Made by a program: the position numbers and the translations under genes. The notes under the pieces are model-generated. The model worked only from the letters and a program-made list of their open reading frames with translations. It ran no database searches and was not told where the DNA came from. DNA of 20,000 bases from an uncultured virus (IMG/VR IMGVR_UViG_2061766007_000763) (taxonomy: Duplodnaviria; Heunggongvirae; Uroviricota; Caudoviricetes), in the IMG/VR virus record IMGVR_UViG_2061766007_000763; one strand, 5' to 3'. Numbering within the stretch: position 1 is the first letter of the stretch; every line of letters starts with the position of its first letter. Positions 18,177 through 20,000 of the stretch are shown here, piece after piece.

Positions 18177-18443
18177 TCAGCACTCAATAAAGTAATGTAA
18201 ATATCGCCCCATTTGTGCGTTGCAATTATAGTAAACCAAACTGTTACAAATTTGGTCGAAGGTTTCGCCTTCAGCATCCGGCTCGTTTTTCTGCAAGCAA
18301 TATGGACCGCTCCACATGTTATCAAATCTCATCTTACAAGTTTGGAACCAAATCTTGACTCCTTTTTCGTACAGGTTTCTTGCTCTCGTTTTGTTTACCT
18401 GCTGAACTTGCTTTTTCAGCCGTTCGGAATAAAATCTTTTCAT
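18177..18443 (-). CDS. Hypothetical protein
   Basis: 88 aa, YYNCNAQMGRYLHYF; bounded by hairpin elements. Confidence 0.8.
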   Translation of the reverse strand: MKRFYSERLKKQVQQVNKTRARNLYEKGVKIWFQTCKMRFDNMWSGPYCLQKNEPDAEGETFDQICNSLVYYNCNAQMGRYLHYFIEC

Positions 18444-18515
18444 AGAATAAAAGTGTTTTAGTTAATGAATCAATTTTGTAGGCCCGAAAACATTCACGTT
18501 ATTCGGACCATGATT

Positions 18516-18839
18516 TTACGCTGCTGAATCGAGGTCTTCATCCTCAATGAAATCCTCGTTGTATTTCACCCACGAGAAATCATCGAAACAATAGAACCAT
18601 TCTTCGAGGTATTCTTTGTTGTCATATTTGGCCCAAAATTCGGTCCATTCCTCATCGGGTATTCCGGCCTCTCTTCCGAGCTCGGTTATATAGCTCATAA
18701 AGCCGTCAAAAAATTCACATACTGAGTTCTCGTCAATTCCCATGTTATTCCGATAGTCGGCAATGAACAAAGAATTGAGCACAATTTGCTGGCGCAGATT
18801 CCAGAGGTCATCCGCGTTGAAATTCTCGAATCGTTTCAT
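18516..18839 (-). CDS. Highly acidic hypothetical protein
   Basis: 107 aa, about 27 D/E versus 8 K/R by hand count; bounded by hairpin elements. Confidence 0.85.
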   Translation of the reverse strand: MKRFENFNADDLWNLRQQIVLNSLFIADYRNNMGIDENSVCEFFDGFMSYITELGREAGIPDEEWTEFWAKYDNKEYLEEWFYCFDDFSWVKYNEDFIEDEDLDSAA

Positions 18840-18911
18840 AAATTAAGTTTTTAAGTGAATAAATAAGTGAATTTGTTCGTGCATATCCAGCCAAGAATAT
18901 GCACGATGTTT

Positions 18912-19219
18912 TCAGGCTCGCATCCGCAGCCGTTCGGCCGCTCGTTTTTCCCTATCGAAAAACCGCTCGCAAACCTCAACCATTTCTTTCGCATGAAACT
19001 CACGGAAATATTCGGTTATCAATTTGCGTCTGTTTGGTTTCTTGATTTCAGCACCGAACCGCTCACGCAAATTAGCCTCATAATTCGCCCAAAAATCCTT
19101 GTCNNNNNNNNNNNNNNNNNNNNNNNNNNNNNNNNNNNNNNNNNNNNNNNNNNNNNNNNNNNNNNNNNNNNNNNNNNNNNNNNNNNNNNNNNNNNNNNNN
19201 NNNNNNNNNNNNNNNTCAT
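18912..19219 (-). CDS. Hypothetical protein (joined across N gap)
   Basis: ATG at 19219; after the gap DKDFWANYEANLRERFG..AERLRMRA*. Confidence 0.65.
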
Positions 19220-19281
19220 CTCTTTTTATTGTTTGAATTTGTGAGCCGAAAACCGGTCAGAGTTTCCGGCCCTGATGTGGG

Positions 19282-19499
19282 CTATAATTTCGGGTCATTG
19301 ACTATGTCCGAAATTTCACGCTCCAAAGAGAGGTAGTATTCGAGGCCGGAATTTAGGTCCAATCCTTCAGCTCTCTTTTTGCGCAGTTTTCTTATAGCTC
19401 GTTCGGTCGCGTTAAAACGGCCACAAATCGGCCATTTGNNNNNNNNNNNNNNNNNNNNNNTCGGATGCTCATTTCGTTCACGTTTTTAGGTTCATCCAT
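19282..19499 (-). CDS. Hypothetical protein (joined across N gap)
   Basis: MDEPKNVNEMSIR, gap, KWPICGRFNATERAIRKL..VNDPKL*. Confidence 0.65.
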
Positions 19500-19562
19500 G
19501 TCGTTCGTTTTTTAGGTTAATTTGTGAGCATGGAACCGGTCAGGATTCCATGCCCTATTTGT

Positions 19563-19670
19563 TCATCCGAAAATGCTGAACACAAACCAGATGATAAACC
19601 AGCCTATTATTGCAACCACAAAACAGGGCGCATAATATATAATACTATTCAGTATATTTTTCAGTCTCAT
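19563..19670 (-). CDS. Small membrane peptide, 35 aa
   Basis: MRLKNILNSIIYYAPCFVVAIIGWFIIWFVFSIFG*; ATGA overlap; stop precedes a hairpin. Confidence 0.6.
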   Translation of the reverse strand: MRLKNILNSIIYYAPCFVVAIIGWFIIWFVFSIFG

Positions 19671-19913
19671 ATTGCTATTGATGTTATAGGGTTATTTATT
19701 GACTCTGTTTTATCTATAATATCTATATAGATAATTTCACCTCCATAAGTGCTCACCAAAAGGTCNNNNNNNNNNNNNNNNNNNNNNNNNNNNNNNGGCA
19801 TTGAATGTGGCGATGTTTTCAGTCACCTTTCTGCCGTTCGCATAATGTTTCACAAACTGAAACTTTCTGAGCTTCAATGTTCGGCTCAGTTTTCTCATAA
19901 TTCTTTGTCTCAT
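19667..19913 (-). CDS. Hypothetical protein (joined across N gap)
   Basis: MRQRIMRKLSRTLKL.., gap, DLLVSTYGGEII..TSIAI*. Confidence 0.6.
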
Positions 19914-20000
19914 AATCTGATTATAATTTTTAGTGAATAAAAGTGGTTCGGCTGGGACCGGTCAAAATCCCAACCGATATTTGTCATAGTTTTACGGCTA

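Larger units (their letters stand above)
7485..19977 (-). repeat. Family of 24 intergenic ~30-nt hairpins with NCNA tail, most followed by a conserved start-region motif
   Basis: Hairpins at about 7489-7519, 8703-8731, 9026-9055, 9950-9981, 10316-10346, 10602-10629, 11117-11146, 11580-11607, 12265-12294, 12898-12928, 13648-13677, 14186-14215, 14986-15013, 15441-15468, 15627-15656, 16216-16243, 16831-16860, 17539-17550 (cut by gap), 18143-18172, 18480-18510, 18877-18906, 19243-19272, 19526-19555, 19948-19977. Confidence 0.9.

Noticed and set aside
64..19940. Plus-strand ORFs in the track
   Set aside because: All are shadows of minus-strand genes or RNA genes, with no recognisable motifs
8700..19977. 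Junction hairpins as a CRISPR array or classical integron attC sites
   Set aside because: Repeats are not identical and are separated by whole genes; they are shorter than attC sites, lack paired R boxes and extrahelical bases, and no tyrosine integrase or cas gene is in the window
8700..19977. Junction hairpins as ordinary sense-strand intrinsic terminators
   Set aside because: Stems are followed by NCNA rather than a U tract and no promoter restarts transcription at each gene; a few have T runs on the plus strand, so antisense termination is not excluded

Overview
Segment of a large Bacteroidetes-type phage or prophage (TAnnTTTG promoters, AT-rich start regions without Shine-Dalgarno). Essentially all genes are on the minus strand, and many are interrupted by N gaps. 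In transcription order (right to left): (1) 20.0-7.5 kb, an array of about 30 short, mostly acidic hypothetical genes resembling an early/host-takeover region, including a beta-clamp-like domain protein; (2) an HNH endonuclease and a serine resolvase; (3) an RNA cluster with a degenerate tRNA, initiator tRNA-Met and a full tmRNA with an unusual 20-codon tag; (4) a replication module with a DUF3127-like OB protein, T5orf172-like nuclease, phage replication initiator and DnaB helicase. The most striking signal is non-coding. Most junctions in the array carry a ~30-nt hairpin of variable sequence but conserved geometry (10-12 bp stem, loop usually with UGA), then an NCNA tail (ACAA/ACCA/ACUA/GCCA/GCUA), then a conserved UUAUUCAC/UUUAACC motif before the AUG. 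I count 24 copies, one cut by a gap. They resemble tRNA acceptor+T-arm minihelices punctuating a polycistron. A segment downstream of the tmRNA is antisense to those start regions and may be a multi-target sRNA. Family names come from motif recognition, not from database searches.
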